Positions 27,805 to 35,449 of a stretch of DNA of 38,491 nucleotides are shown here, one piece after another. Numbering within the stretch: position 1 is the stretch's first letter; each line of letters starts with the position of its first letter. Origin of the DNA: an uncultured bacterium (GTDB lineage Bacteria; CAYUVA01). The translations under genes were made by a program, and so were the position numbers. The notes under the pieces are model-generated. The model was not told where the DNA came from. It worked only from the letters and a program-made list of their open reading frames with translations, and did no database searches. The stretch spans positions 1-38,491 of the forward strand of contig CAYUVA010000044.1 of the NCBI GenBank assembly GCA_964448115.1. Reading direction: 5' to 3'.

Positions 27805-28671
27805 TTATACGCTGATTCTTTCCTTCAAGAACTTCTCTATGCGAAGATGTATAAACTCAGGCACCTCCAGCAATGCCAAATGAGTGCCCTTGTTTACGAT
27901 AAGTAGCTCCGAGTTTGCGATCAGGCGGTGCATGGTGTTTATCACCCTAAGAGGGGTTATATGGTCATTCTCCCCTCCAATAATAAGGGTGGGCACCTTT
28001 ATGGCATCGAGCATATCCTTTGCCGAGTGCTGCCTGGCATAGTTTATCGCCATGATCAAAGGCTTCAAGTCCATGCCCTGAAGGTTCTGTATATAACCGC
28101 GGAAATCCTCTGCCTTTAAGAAATGGCTGTTGCCAGCGATCCATCGAGCAAGATACTTGGATAAGGGAAGCGGCAACAAGATATTATGCCAAATATAGTT
28201 CAAGAACAGATGTGTGCTGTTTATGCCTCGATATAAAAGGGGGAATATCCACTTGAATGTGGTAAAGTTGAGGAAGGTCTTCACCGGGTTCTCATAAGAA
28301 CCGCAGATAGCAACCAGCGCGGATACCTTATCAGGATACTTATTATAGAATTCCAGTATCACCTGCACTCCGATGCCGTGCCCGACCAGAACCGCCTTGT
28401 CTATACCGTGCTCTTTTAACACGAACTCCAGATCCCGAGCGTGATTCTCGATGGATAGAGTCGTAAAATCCTTCGGTGGCTTGGAGTTGCCGTGGCAGCG
28501 GTAATCCCAGAGGATCACTCGATGATTGCCCGCAAAATACTCAGCGCAACGATTCCAGAGCGTTGAGTCATAGCCGATGCTGTTGCAAAAGACTATAGGC
28601 AGTCCATTAGAATTGCCTTGGTCTTTAGTCCATATTACAGTGCCATCGAAGCTCTTGAAGTACCTATCCAT
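27805..28671 (-). CDS. Alpha/beta-hydrolase fold protein lacking the nucleophilic Ser
   Basis: FKSFDGTVIW, WDYRCHGNS, VLVGHGIGVQV (GxGxG), PTLIIGGENDHITP, KGTHLALLE. Start placed at ATG 28671, overlapping the upstream stop, rather than 28719. Confidence 0.85.
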   Translation of the reverse strand: MDRYFKSFDGTVIWTKDQGNSNGLPIVFCNSIGYDSTLWNRCAEYFAGNHRVILWDYRCHGNSKPPKDFTTLSIENHARDLEFVLKEHGIDKAVLVGHGIGVQVILEFYNKYPDKVSALVAICGSYENPVKTFLNFTTFKWIFPLLYRGINSTHLFLNYIWHNILLPLPLSKYLARWIAGNSHFLKAEDFRGYIQNLQGMDLKPLIMAINYARQHSAKDMLDAIKVPTLIIGGENDHITPLRVINTMHRLIANSELLIVNKGTHLALLEVPEFIHLRIEKFLKERISV

Positions 28672-29110
28672 TTTTCTTTGATGCCTGATATATCTGTTCG
28701 GCTCTTTTCTTGAAGTCATTTAGCATATTCGGCAAGCTGACATCGAGTAGCGTTTTTAGTATGAAGCCAGGAACGAATATTCCAAAGTCTATATCGACAT
28801 TGTAGGTTGCTTTCGTCTTTTCATCGCCTATTTTCTCCAGCACCCAGCTTCCGCTGTTATGCTTGAATGCCCCGCGCAGGCGCTCCCACTCTACTTTGCT
28901 ATAGGGAGTCTCGGTCATCTTGAGCACATAGCTGAAATCCTTGACTACATGGATATTGAACTCGACCTCGGCGATATTCCCCTCCCGTTTGAGCACCTTG
29001 GCTCCACGCGAATCCCTCTGGAACTCGGCGTACTTCGGATAGTCAACAATGACATTATAGAGAACTTCAGGGGGGGTATCGATGATGATGGATCTTGATG
29101 ACTTTGGCAT
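28664..29110 (-). CDS. SRPBCC/START-domain protein (RatA/Coq10-like)
   Basis: SIIIDTPPEVLYNVIVDYPKYAEF, GAFKHNSGSWVLE, TKATYNVDID; RBS AAAGGAGG before ATG 29110. Confidence 0.85.
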   Translation of the reverse strand: MPKSSRSIIIDTPPEVLYNVIVDYPKYAEFQRDSRGAKVLKREGNIAEVEFNIHVVKDFSYVLKMTETPYSKVEWERLRGAFKHNSGSWVLEKIGDEKTKATYNVDIDFGIFVPGFILKTLLDVSLPNMLNDFKKRAEQIYQASKKNG

Positions 29111-29158
29111 CAGCGAACCTCCTTTCAAGCAAAGAACATTGCATGGACTTGAATCTGG

Positions 29159-29392
29159 TTAAAAGGTGAGCTTTTCCTTATCTTCTTTTATTTCCTCTCC
29201 ACGCTTGAATTCCAGCTTTCCTTCCAGGAACTCTTCTAGGGCGATGGTGGTCGGTTTTATGCTCTTGGTTTTGACCATAGTCTTTGCGCCCTCGATCAGT
29301 TGCTTGGCTCTTTCCACGCAGATATGAACCAACCTGTACTTGGAGTCTATATAATCGTAATAGTTGATCTTGCCAGGATCCTTTACTCTCAT
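29159..29392 (-). CDS. rpoZ: RNA polymerase omega subunit
   Basis: DSKYRLVHICVERAKQLIEG...KPTTIALEEFLEGKL; RBS AAGGAG. Confidence 0.9.
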   Translation of the reverse strand: MRVKDPGKINYYDYIDSKYRLVHICVERAKQLIEGAKTMVKTKSIKPTTIALEEFLEGKLEFKRGEEIKEDKEKLTF

Positions 29393-29427
29393 CTATTCAA
29401 TCTCCTTGTGGCTTATTTTGCATTAAC

Positions 29428-29456
29428 ATACTACCAGGTAACCATCTCTATGGCAA
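29428..29456 (-). promoter_or_regulatory. Candidate sigma70 promoter for rpoZ-SRPBCC-hydrolase
   Basis: Minus strand TTGCCA-N17-TAGTAT with an extended -10 TG. Confidence 0.45.
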
Positions 29457-29471
29457 CCGAGGGGAACGACT

Positions 29472-30794
29472 CTATATAAGCCCCTTTGCTTTGAGCTGTC
29501 CTTCTAGGTTATTGTCATCAATCTCGTTAAGGCTATATTTCACCCTAGTATAAGGCTTATTTATCTTTATCAGCCTGCCCAGGTCGATGGGGGTAGCAAC
29601 GATGACCGCATCGCAGTCGGTTCGATTTATCGTCTCTTGAAGATCCTCGATCTGCTTCTTGCCATAGCCCATTGCGGGCAGCAGCGCTCCGATCCCTGGA
29701 TAATTCTCAAAGGTCTCGGTTATCTCGCCGACGGTCCAAGGCCTAGGATCGACGATCTTCAAGGCTCCGAATCGTCTGGCAGCCACCACTCCCGCTCCGT
29801 ACTTCATCTCGCCATGTGTAAGGGTGGGACCGTCCTCGACGGCGAGGACTCTTTTGCCTTTTATTATGCTAGGATCTTCCACCTCCAGGCTCGACTCGGC
29901 TTTGATAACAACAGCATCGGGATTATACCTTTTGGCATTTTGAAGCACGGCTTCCACATCCTTTATATTTGCGCTATCCACCTTGTTGATGATGATGACA
30001 TCCGCCATTCGGAAGTTGACTTCGCCGGGATGATAGGACACCTCATGCCCGCTGCGATGGGGATCGGCGACCACTACGAACAGGTCGGGCTGATAGAAGG
30101 GGAAGTCGTTATTTCCCCCATCCCAAAGGATCACATCAGCCTGTTTCTCCGCCTCGCTGAGTATGGCGCCATAATCGACCCCTGCCATGACCACGAATCC
30201 ATTTGCAAGATGGTGCTCGTACTCCTCGCGTTCCTCGATGGTACAGTCGTGCTTGTCCATATCCTCAAAGGTGGAAAAGACCTGTACAGCCTGTCTCTCA
30301 AGGTCGCCATAGGGCATCGGGTGCCTGATGATGACCGTATTTTTGCCATTCTCCTTCAATATCTGTGCTATGCGACGCGTGGTCTGCGACTTGCCAGAGC
30401 CGGTGCGCACCGCACCGACCGCTATTACAGGCTTACTGGAGCGGATCATGGTCGCCTTGGGACCTAACAGCCAGAAATTAGCCCCTGCTGACATGGCTAC
30501 CGAGCCGCGATTCATCAGGTAGGTATGTGAGACATCGCTGTATGCGAAGATAACATCCTCCACCTCGTATTTTGCAATAAGCAAAGGAAGCTCGCTTTCA
30601 TCATGTATCGGAATGCCGTTGGGATATAGCTCGCCGGATAGCTTTGGCGGATAGGTCCTGTCCTCGATGTCCGGTATCTGAGCCGCGGTGAAGGCTACCA
30701 CCTCATAACCAGGATTATTACGAAAGAAGACATTGAAGTTATGAAAGTCCCTTCCTGCTGCGCCCATGATGATGACTCTTCGCCTCTTTTCCAT
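29472..30794 (-). CDS. COG2403 P-loop protein (cyclic 2,3-diphosphoglycerate synthetase-like; candidate arginine synthetase)
   Basis: IIMGAAGRDFHNFN, AVRTGSGKSQTTR, RHPMPYGDL, TIEEREEYE, LWDGGNND, VEDGPTLTHG, LPAMGY. Confidence 0.8.
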   Translation of the reverse strand: MEKRRRVIIMGAAGRDFHNFNVFFRNNPGYEVVAFTAAQIPDIEDRTYPPKLSGELYPNGIPIHDESELPLLIAKYEVEDVIFAYSDVSHTYLMNRGSVAMSAGANFWLLGPKATMIRSSKPVIAVGAVRTGSGKSQTTRRIAQILKENGKNTVIIRHPMPYGDLERQAVQVFSTFEDMDKHDCTIEEREEYEHHLANGFVVMAGVDYGAILSEAEKQADVILWDGGNNDFPFYQPDLFVVVADPHRSGHEVSYHPGEVNFRMADVIIINKVDSANIKDVEAVLQNAKRYNPDAVVIKAESSLEVEDPSIIKGKRVLAVEDGPTLTHGEMKYGAGVVAARRFGALKIVDPRPWTVGEITETFENYPGIGALLPAMGYGKKQIEDLQETINRTDCDAVIVATPIDLGRLIKINKPYTRVKYSLNEIDDNNLEGQLKAKGLI

Positions 30795-30882
30795 CTTCTT
30801 GCTCCTTTTTACATGGTATCGGTTTAATGCGAGAGATTATTAACAAAGCGACCACCTTTTTTCAACTCTGGTAGGAAAGACC

Positions 30883-30962
30883 ATCACGCAAAGACGCAAA
30901 GACGCAAAGAACACAAATTAGGAACTAGAGACTAAAGAACTAGAAACTAGCCACGCAAAGAC
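30883..30962 (+). repeat. ACGCAAAG tandem plus AACTAGA repeat block, copy 1
   Basis: ATCACGCAAAGACGCAAAGACGCAAA (30883-30908) followed by GAACTAGAG...AACTAGAAACTAGCCACGCAAAGAC. Confidence 0.8.
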
Positions 30963-30980
30963 ACATGGGAGAGGGGACAA

Positions 30981-31139
30981 GAATCCCCATACCCTGTCAT
31001 TCCGAGCGATCGAGCGTAAGCGAGCGAGTCGATGAATCTCCCCCCTATATTTCCCCAAGCCTGGGGGGAGAGATCCCTCGACTTCGACCCTATTTTTTCA
31101 AGAATCGGGACTCAGCTCGGGATGACAGGTAGGGATTTT
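30981..31139. repeat. ~160-bp branched palindromic element
   Basis: Outer stem CCTGTCATTCCGAGC / GCTCGGGATGACAGG, inner stem GAGTCGATGAATCTCCCCCC / GGGGGGAGAGATCCCTCGACTTC, plus small side hairpins. Confidence 0.75.
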
Positions 31140-31221
31140 GAGACAGACTCCAGCGAGAGGGAGCAGGAATCGATAACTGCTCTTTCATTCTTAGTAAGCA
31201 ATCACTAATATAATAAATATT

Positions 31222-33126
31222 ATGCGTACTACTAGATTGATCGCTCTTTTCATCGCCGCTGCAACGGTGAGGGGGATCTATCTTTGGCACAACGCTGCCT
31301 ATAATCCCTTCTTCGACACGCTGATCATCGATATGGAGTGGTTCGATGAGGCGGCGATGAACATTGTATCCGGCGGCGCCTGGAGCACCGAGATGCTGTT
31401 CAGGGGACCGCTTTATCCGCACCTGTTAGCCTTTTTATATAATACTTTCGGACATAGCTATCTTTTCCCGCGCATGGTTCAGCACCTGCTCGGTTTGGGG
31501 ACGCTGTTGTTGGTCATATATCTGGCGCATCGACTTTTCGACCAGCGCACAGCCTTCGTCGCCGGGCTCATCTATGCTTTTTACGGCACGGTCATCCTCT
31601 ACGAGGGCGAGCTGCTCATTGTAACATTATATACATTTCTGCTTGTATCGTTCATCGTCCTTACCTTGCGCATCAGGCACTCTCCGCCGATATTTTCAGC
31701 ACTCGCCGGCGGTTTTCTTGGACTAGCTGCAATGGCGAGACCGAACATCCTCTGCCTTATCCTGGTGGTTATCCCGTATCTAGTGCCTGGAGCGGGCAGA
31801 GTTCGAGGGACGCGAGTCGGCTTACAGCGGGGGGCGTTTTTCATGTTGGGACTGGTTCTAGCTCTGCTGCCGCTCACCATAAAGTACTACCGCCTTACCG
31901 GGGAACTCATCATAGTCAGCTCTCAGGGTGGTCTGAACTTCTATTTAGGCAATAATCCACTCGCCGACGGCTGGAACACGGTTATCCCAGGCTTAGGCAC
32001 CTGGCGCAACCCTGATGTTCAGAGGATAACCGACCGAGAACTCGATCATCATGCCAGCCCCGGCGAGATTTCCACTCATTGGCTGAAAAAGGGCTTACTG
32101 TGGCTTGGAGAAAATCCTGGCAAGGCACTGGAGCTTTACCTGCGCAAGATTTGCCTGCTCGCAACCGGATACGAGATTAAAAACAACATGAACCTGTATC
32201 ACTTCGCATCGTACTCATGGTTGCTCTCATTGCTGATGTGGGATCGATTCGGTATCAGCTTCCCGTGGGGGATAGTATTTCCGTTAGGGATGGTTGGACT
32301 GCTGCTTAAGTTGCCTGGTGGTGCTAATGAGGTTCGTATGCTGCGCTGCGTTTTGTTGGTCTATATGCTTTTCATGCTCCCTTTCTTCATCTGCGGGCGC
32401 TATCGAATTCCGTTGGTTCCGTTGATGGTTATCTTCAGCGCTCGCTTTTTGTTGTGGCTCTTAGAGCGAGTAAAAGGCGGCAATTATAATCATGCAATAA
32501 TATCTCTTCTCGTCGTATTTACGCTTATGTACATTTCCAACGCAGATCTCTGCGGGGCAAGGATTAGGGATGACTCCCAGGTGCACTATGATCTTGGCAA
32601 TATCTACCAGCGAAAGGGGGACATGGAGCGCGCCATCTTCGAGTATGAAAAAGCCATTCAAGAGCGCCCGGCATATCCGAACGCACTGTTCAACTTGGGC
32701 AATATCTATACCGACCTTGGAGATTACAACCAGGCGATCATCTACTATAAGCGAGCGGTCGATTATCATACCACCTTTTCCGATGCGCTGGTCAACCTGG
32801 GAATGGCTTTGACCAAGAAGGGAAGGATAAGGGAGGCTATTGATTATTTGAAGCGTGCCATCGACAGCGGAGAAAATCAAAGCGCTGCCTACAACAACTT
32901 AGGCATTGCATATCTGAGGATGGAAGATTACGATAAAGCCCTGGAGTGCTTTGAGAAGGCATTTTCGCTTGAACCCTCGAACATCAATATAAGGCTGAAC
33001 ATAGCCCGCATCTACGAGCTACAAGGCAAACTGGGCGCAGCAATGGATAAATACATGGAAATATTGCGCCAACAACCGCAGAATCAGGCTGCAAGGAGAA
33101 GACTCAGGGAACTTAGGGGATTCTAG
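31222..33126 (+). CDS. GT-C (PMT/ArnT-like, GT39) membrane glycosyltransferase with C-terminal TPR repeats
   Basis: IIDMEWFD, PLYPHLLAFLY, GLAAMARPN, GLNFYLGNNP, RYRIPLVP; about 5 TPRs (HYDLGNIY, ALFNLGNIY, ALVNLGMAL, AYNNLGIAY). Confidence 0.85.
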   Translation: MRTTRLIALFIAAATVRGIYLWHNAAYNPFFDTLIIDMEWFDEAAMNIVSGGAWSTEMLFRGPLYPHLLAFLYNTFGHSYLFPRMVQHLLGLGTLLLVIYLAHRLFDQRTAFVAGLIYAFYGTVILYEGELLIVTLYTFLLVSFIVLTLRIRHSPPIFSALAGGFLGLAAMARPNILCLILVVIPYLVPGAGRVRGTRVGLQRGAFFMLGLVLALLPLTIKYYRLTGELIIVSSQGGLNFYLGNNPLADGWNTVIPGLGTWRNPDVQRITDRELDHHASPGEISTHWLKKGLLWLGENPGKALELYLRKICLLATGYEIKNNMNLYHFASYSWLLSLLMWDRFGISFPWGIVFPLGMVGLLLKLPGGANEVRMLRCVLLVYMLFMLPFFICGRYRIPLVPLMVIFSARFLLWLLERVKGGNYNHAIISLLVVFTLMYISNADLCGARIRDDSQVHYDLGNIYQRKGDMERAIFEYEKAIQERPAYPNALFNLGNIYTDLGDYNQAIIYYKRAVDYHTTFSDALVNLGMALTKKGRIREAIDYLKRAIDSGENQSAAYNNLGIAYLRMEDYDKALECFEKAFSLEPSNINIRLNIARIYELQGKLGAAMDKYMEILRQQPQNQAARRRLRELRGF

Positions 33127-33263
33127 GGAATAGAAAATATATAATAACCACCAACCATTCTTCGCATAAAAAGCTTGCCGGCATTGATAAGCATGATGAT
33201 GGAGAGACAGGGCAGGACTGGATACCCAAGATCGAATTGATCGTTGGAGGGATGCAGGGAATA

Positions 33264-33373
33264 AACTAGAAACTAGCCCACGCAAAGACGCAGATAGGAA
33301 AGAATTGATCACGCAAAGACGCAAAGACGCAAATTGGGAACTAGAGAACGAGAAACAAGGAACTAGAAACTAA
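33264..33373 (+). repeat. ACGCAAAG tandem plus AACTAGA repeat block, copy 2
   Basis: AACTAGAAACTAGCCCACGCAAAGAC (33264-33289), then the identical 26-mer ATCACGCAAAGACGCAAAGACGCAAA (33308-33333) and GAACTAGAG...AACTAGAAAC. Confidence 0.8.
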
Positions 33374-33379
33374 CTGGTA

Positions 33380-35164
33380 TTATTTATACAAAATAAAATC
33401 TTCCAGCACCAGCACATCCATATCCGAGTTGACAAAATCATTGTAAGCCTGCTCTGGTGCGCAGACAATCGGCTCCCCGCGCTTGTTGAAGGATGTATTT
33501 AGCAGTACGCCGACCCCTGTAAGCCTCTCGAACTCCTTGATCAGGTCGTAGTATGCGGGATTCTGCTCACGCTCTATGGTCTGGAGCCTGGCAGAGCCGT
33601 CAACATGGGTTATGGCTGGAATCACGTTTCTCTTGTCCTCTTTTACCGGGCAGGCAAGCAGCATGAATGGGCTAGCCACCGGTATCTCGAAATATTTATC
33701 TTTGTCCTCTAGGCAGCAAACCGGCGCAAAGGGGCGAAACGACTCCCGTTCCTTGATCCGTTTGTTGACAATATCCTTCATTTCTGGCTCTATGGGCGAT
33801 GCAAGGATGCTCCTGGTGCCGAGCGCTCGGGGACCGAACTCCATCCGTCCCCGGAACCAGCCGACCACCTTCTTCTCAGATAGTGCCTTGGCAGTGCGTT
33901 GGATAAGCTCTCCGTAGCTAAGGCGTTGATAATTATCAATATTATTTGATTCAAGGAAGTGCTGGATCTGCTCATCGGTGTAAGCCGGACCTAAATATGA
34001 GTTCTTCATTTCATAGATCCGCTCGTTGTTGAGTACATTTGTCCATGTATAAATTACCGAGCCGATGGCGGTGCCGCTATCCCCGGCGCCGGGCTGGACG
34101 AAGATGCGCTCAAAGGGGGTCTCGGCGATGACCCTGCCGTTTGCCACGCAGTTTAGCGCCACGCCACCAGCAAGGCAGATATTCTTGCTGCCTGTGGTCT
34201 TGTAAAGATGATTAGCCATCTTGAGGAATATCTCCTCGGTTACATCCTGCAATGTGGCGGCTATATCACAGTAGAATTCGTCCAGCTCGCTCTCCGGCAC
34301 TCTCGGCTCTCTGCCCAGCAGTTTGATCAAGTTGCGGTTGTACATGTTGAGGCTATAGTGGTAAGCAAAGTACTTCATATTGAGCTTTATGCTTCCGTCC
34401 TCGGCGATCTTAAGCAGCTCATCGAACTTGTCGCGATACCTGGGTTTGCCATAAGGAGCCAGCCCCATCACCTTGCCCTCGCCTCCATTGACCCTGAAAC
34501 CAAGATAGCCAGTGATAGCGCTATAAAGTAAGCCGACCGAGTGCGGAAAGCGCATCTCCTTGAAAAGCTCAATGTTCTTACCCCTGCCGATGCCGTAGGT
34601 CGCCGAAGCCCACTCGCCGATGCCATCGATGGTCAGGATGGCAGCCTCATCAAAGGGCGATACCAGGTAGGTGCTGGCTGCGTGAGCCAGGTGATGCTCA
34701 ATGAACAGCAGTTTATCATTGATATTGAATCCCTTGACCTTCGCTTTTATCTCACGCTTTGCTTCTTTGCTTAGTTTTCCATCATTTGACAGGCTTTGGG
34801 TGAGCTTATCCCCAATCAACTCACCGAGTTCGCTTTGTATTACCTGGGGCACTGCAAGCTTTTTTTTCAGCCATAGGGGCATGGAAACCAAAAAAGACTT
34901 CAACCCGCGTGGATAGGCAGCGAAATAGCTGTATAAAAGCCTCTCCAGCTTGATAAATGGCTTCTCATAGAACGCGATGTAGTCGATGTCTTCAACGCCG
35001 ATGCCACCTTCTGCAAGGCAGTATTTTATCGCCTCGATGGGGAACTCGTTGGTGTGTTTTACGCGTGTGAACCTCTCCTCTTCGGCGGCGGCGACCAACA
35101 TGCCATCTTTTAGCAATGCCGCTGCTGAGTCGTGATAAAAACAGGATATTCCGAGTATATTCAT
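33380..35164 (-). CDS. O-carbamoyltransferase (NodU/CmcH/TobZ/SxtI family)
   Basis: MNILGISCFYHDSAAAL, EEERFTRVKH, EHHLAHAAS, DGIGEW, EGKVMGLAPYG, LAGGVALNCVAN, EFGPRALGTRSIL, RESFRPFAP, HVDGSARLQT, LNTSFN. Confidence 0.95.
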   Translation of the reverse strand: MNILGISCFYHDSAAALLKDGMLVAAAEEERFTRVKHTNEFPIEAIKYCLAEGGIGVEDIDYIAFYEKPFIKLERLLYSYFAAYPRGLKSFLVSMPLWLKKKLAVPQVIQSELGELIGDKLTQSLSNDGKLSKEAKREIKAKVKGFNINDKLLFIEHHLAHAASTYLVSPFDEAAILTIDGIGEWASATYGIGRGKNIELFKEMRFPHSVGLLYSAITGYLGFRVNGGEGKVMGLAPYGKPRYRDKFDELLKIAEDGSIKLNMKYFAYHYSLNMYNRNLIKLLGREPRVPESELDEFYCDIAATLQDVTEEIFLKMANHLYKTTGSKNICLAGGVALNCVANGRVIAETPFERIFVQPGAGDSGTAIGSVIYTWTNVLNNERIYEMKNSYLGPAYTDEQIQHFLESNNIDNYQRLSYGELIQRTAKALSEKKVVGWFRGRMEFGPRALGTRSILASPIEPEMKDIVNKRIKERESFRPFAPVCCLEDKDKYFEIPVASPFMLLACPVKEDKRNVIPAITHVDGSARLQTIEREQNPAYYDLIKEFERLTGVGVLLNTSFNKRGEPIVCAPEQAYNDFVNSDMDVLVLEDFILYK

Positions 35165-35188
35165 TGGTGGAAACCTTGCTTGCTATGG

Positions 35189-35440
35189 CTAGAATTGATG
35201 GCGGCAGCCATCCAGGCTGTTGTCGATCTTCTCTCTGTCAATCCAGTACGAATCCTTTGTCTTTTTTCGAGATAACATCAGGGGATCTTTGGCAAGTAGC
35301 TTAAAAAACGGCGCTACCAGCGTGAATAGCACGGCATATACTATGAAAAGCACTATTGCCGTCTGCACGGCAAGCAGCCCCTTGGTGAACTTGAGCCAGC
35401 CAGCTTTTATCTTTTGAAGGAAATTCTTTATCTTTTCCAT
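35189..35440 (-). CDS. SxtJ-like small membrane protein
   Basis: W.KF...L..VQT.IVLFIVY..LFT......L..KDPL......DSYWI.R.......RHQF pattern, adjacent to the carbamoyltransferase. Confidence 0.75.
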   Translation of the reverse strand: MEKIKNFLQKIKAGWLKFTKGLLAVQTAIVLFIVYAVLFTLVAPFFKLLAKDPLMLSRKKTKDSYWIDREKIDNSLDGCRHQF

Positions 35441-35449
35441 GTTTTGTAG

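Noticed and set aside
28672-28719. Longer N-terminus for the alpha/beta-hydrolase (and the 29128 start for the START protein)
   Set aside because: ATG 28671 gives a typical short stop/start overlap, and ATG 29110 has a strong RBS that the longer version would translate through.
29637-30467. 276-aa + strand ORF and other long antisense ORFs (e.g. 5427-6047, 6317-6856, 18646-19122)
   Set aside because: They lie fully opposite well-supported genes and have no recognisable motifs.
30883-33373. Possible CRISPR array from the repeated 26-mer
   Set aside because: There are only two copies 2.4 kb apart, internally tandem, with no regular spacers and no cas genes.
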